A DNA stretch of 64,000 nucleotides from Fimbriosthenelais zetlandica (lineage: Eukaryota): the NCBI GenBank assembly GCA_977030845.1, contig OZ365113.1, forward strand, positions 14,074,001 through 14,138,000, written 5' to 3'. The position numbers and the translations under genes are program-made. Each line of letters begins with the position of its first letter. Positions within the stretch are counted from its first letter, which is position 1. The notes under the pieces were generated by a model. It did no database searches, was not told where the DNA came from, and worked only from the letters and a program-made list of their open reading frames with translations. Positions 62,561-64,000 of this stretch are shown in pieces.

Positions 62561-63110
62561 AGGTCTTTCCCCCTCTGTACCTCTTGTCCCAGTTGAGTGT
62601 AGGGAGGGGTGAGGTGAGAGATGAAAGCCCCAGAGACAGGGAACACCTTGTTCAACCTGAAGCCCTGTAGCAGGAGAATTTCACAACAAGCTTTAACAGA
62701 CAGCAGCAAAGCTCATGTATCTTTCTTCTCAATGAAAAAATAAACATTTTCTAAGACTATAAAAAGAAACCTTGAAGACTGAAACTTTCACTTAGCAACT
62801 GAGTTCCTTTACTCCTTTGGTCTCCTTTGTAAATAATCTGTATCCACTTTCATGGAACTTCCCGTTGGACCAAAAAGATTCCAACTTTGCCTATACTGAC
62901 ACTTTAAAAATAATTAATAACTGAAGCAGAAGGCACTTGAAACAGACTTCGACTTCCATCATGGATCTTGATATTTGGACGCTTATAATTATATTAGATC
63001 ATGAGAACATAGAATGCCATCTTTAATTAGCTTGATCTTTAGTTCAAGTAGGACATTTCGTCCCTTTTCAATTGAAAAGATGTTATGATTTTGATGTAAT
63101 GTAACTGCAG

Positions 63111-63352
63111 GTACTAACTTGAATGATGCCTTATTGAGAGGGCTTGGCATCCTGAGGGATGAAGAAGGAAGAGCAGGTAGGACTGGTGGACAGCGTGTTT
63201 CCCTTATCATGCTGCTCATGGATGGAGAACCCACTGCTGGCATCGTGTCTTCAGACAGGATATTGACCAATGTCAGACAAGCAAACAATGCCATCACGTC
63301 TATCTACTGTCTGGGCATGGACAAGGGCGTTGACGTTATCTTCCTGCAAAAG
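63111..63352 (+). CDS. ITIH: ITIH-like exon 8 (vWA, MIDAS T and D)
   Basis: ctgcag|GT TNLNDALLRGLGILRDEEGRAGRTGGQRVSLIMLLMDGEPTAGIVSSDRILTNVRQANNAITSIYCLGMDKGVDVIFLQK|GTAAAT; phase 1 to 0. Confidence 0.95.
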
Positions 63353-63521
63353 GTAAATATCAGTACCCCAGGTTACATGGTGGATTTTATAACGTTAACA
63401 TAATGATTGTCAGTTTCCTGTCGAAATACGGAAAGTATACACGTCTTAAATAAGTTCACATTGGGCATTAGCTATATCACTTTCTTATTAAGATATTTCT
63501 TAAAACTTTATAAAATTTCAG

Positions 63522-63971
63522 CTTGCAATGCAGAACAACGGAGAAGCACGACTGATTTATGACGAATCTAATACCGCTCTTGCATTCCACGAGTTATACC
63601 AAGAAATTGATAAGCCGTATCTCTCCTCTGTGACCTTCAACTACCCAGAGGACAGCCTTATTCCAACCAGTACATCACCAACCCAGTTCCCAAATTACTT
63701 CCAAGGCTCTGAGATATTAGTGACAGGGATGCTCAACGAAGGGGTGACAGAATTAACAGCTAACATCGAGGCTATATCAGTGTTAGGACCGTACCAGTCA
63801 ACAGACACACAACGTCTTACTGCCTCGAAGAACGCAGTGTTTTCACCAAATGAAATGGAGAGAATGTGGGCTTTCGTGACAATTAAAAGACTTCTTGATC
63901 AAATTAAAGTTGCGGATAACGTGACGGTTCGGGCCACAGCAAAGACAAGGGCGTTGGGTCTATCCTTGAGG
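63522..63971 (+). CDS. ITIH: ITIH-like exon 9 (vWA end and post-vWA region); gene continues beyond the window
   Basis: atttcag|LAMQNNGEARLIYDES...PNYFQGSEILVTG...MERMWAFVTIKRLL...ALGLSLR|GTAGGG; matches the ITIH motifs LALxNxG, NYFxGSEIxVAG and ERLWAYLTIxQLL. Confidence 0.95.
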
Positions 63972-64000
63972 GTAGGGTTTTAATTTAATTTTTGCTATAT

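Noticed and set aside
1-64000. CRISPR arrays, tRNA/rRNA/snRNA genes and prokaryotic operons
   Set aside because: No regularly spaced repeat-spacer array, no A/B-box cloverleaf and no rRNA or snRNA signature seen; the sequence is spliced eukaryotic DNA.

Overview
Intron-rich, AT-rich animal genomic DNA, not prokaryotic; no CRISPR array, rRNA or tRNA was seen. A non-vertebrate deuterostome origin is my inference from gene content and sequence style. Two genes face away from each other. (1) Minus strand: the 5' end of a Piccolo (PCLO/Bassoon-family) active-zone scaffold gene. Exon 1 (19555-18969) reads MGNETSLPEG...DLSHLSEEERSQIAAVMARAR and exon 2 (9312-9123) encodes most of a Piccolo/RIM-type zinc finger. 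The exon completing the finger was not identified and may lie left of the window. (2) Plus strand: an inter-alpha-trypsin inhibitor heavy chain (ITIH)-like gene (signal peptide, VIT, vWA). Nine phase-compatible coding exons run from 33529 to 63971, with a 22.4-kb first intron, and the gene continues past the window. Mobile DNA: an internally deleted pogo/Tigger-like element with TIRs, TA duplication and a PIP-box C-terminal remnant just inside ITIH intron 1, a decayed Penelope-like RT in ITIH intron 7, and small LINE fragments. The most interesting signal is the Piccolo N-terminus: spliced exons 1+2 join a Piccolo myristoylation leader to a compact RIM-like Rab-binding helix plus zinc finger. 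Most ORF-track entries look like noise, and I found no clearly new multi-gene system.
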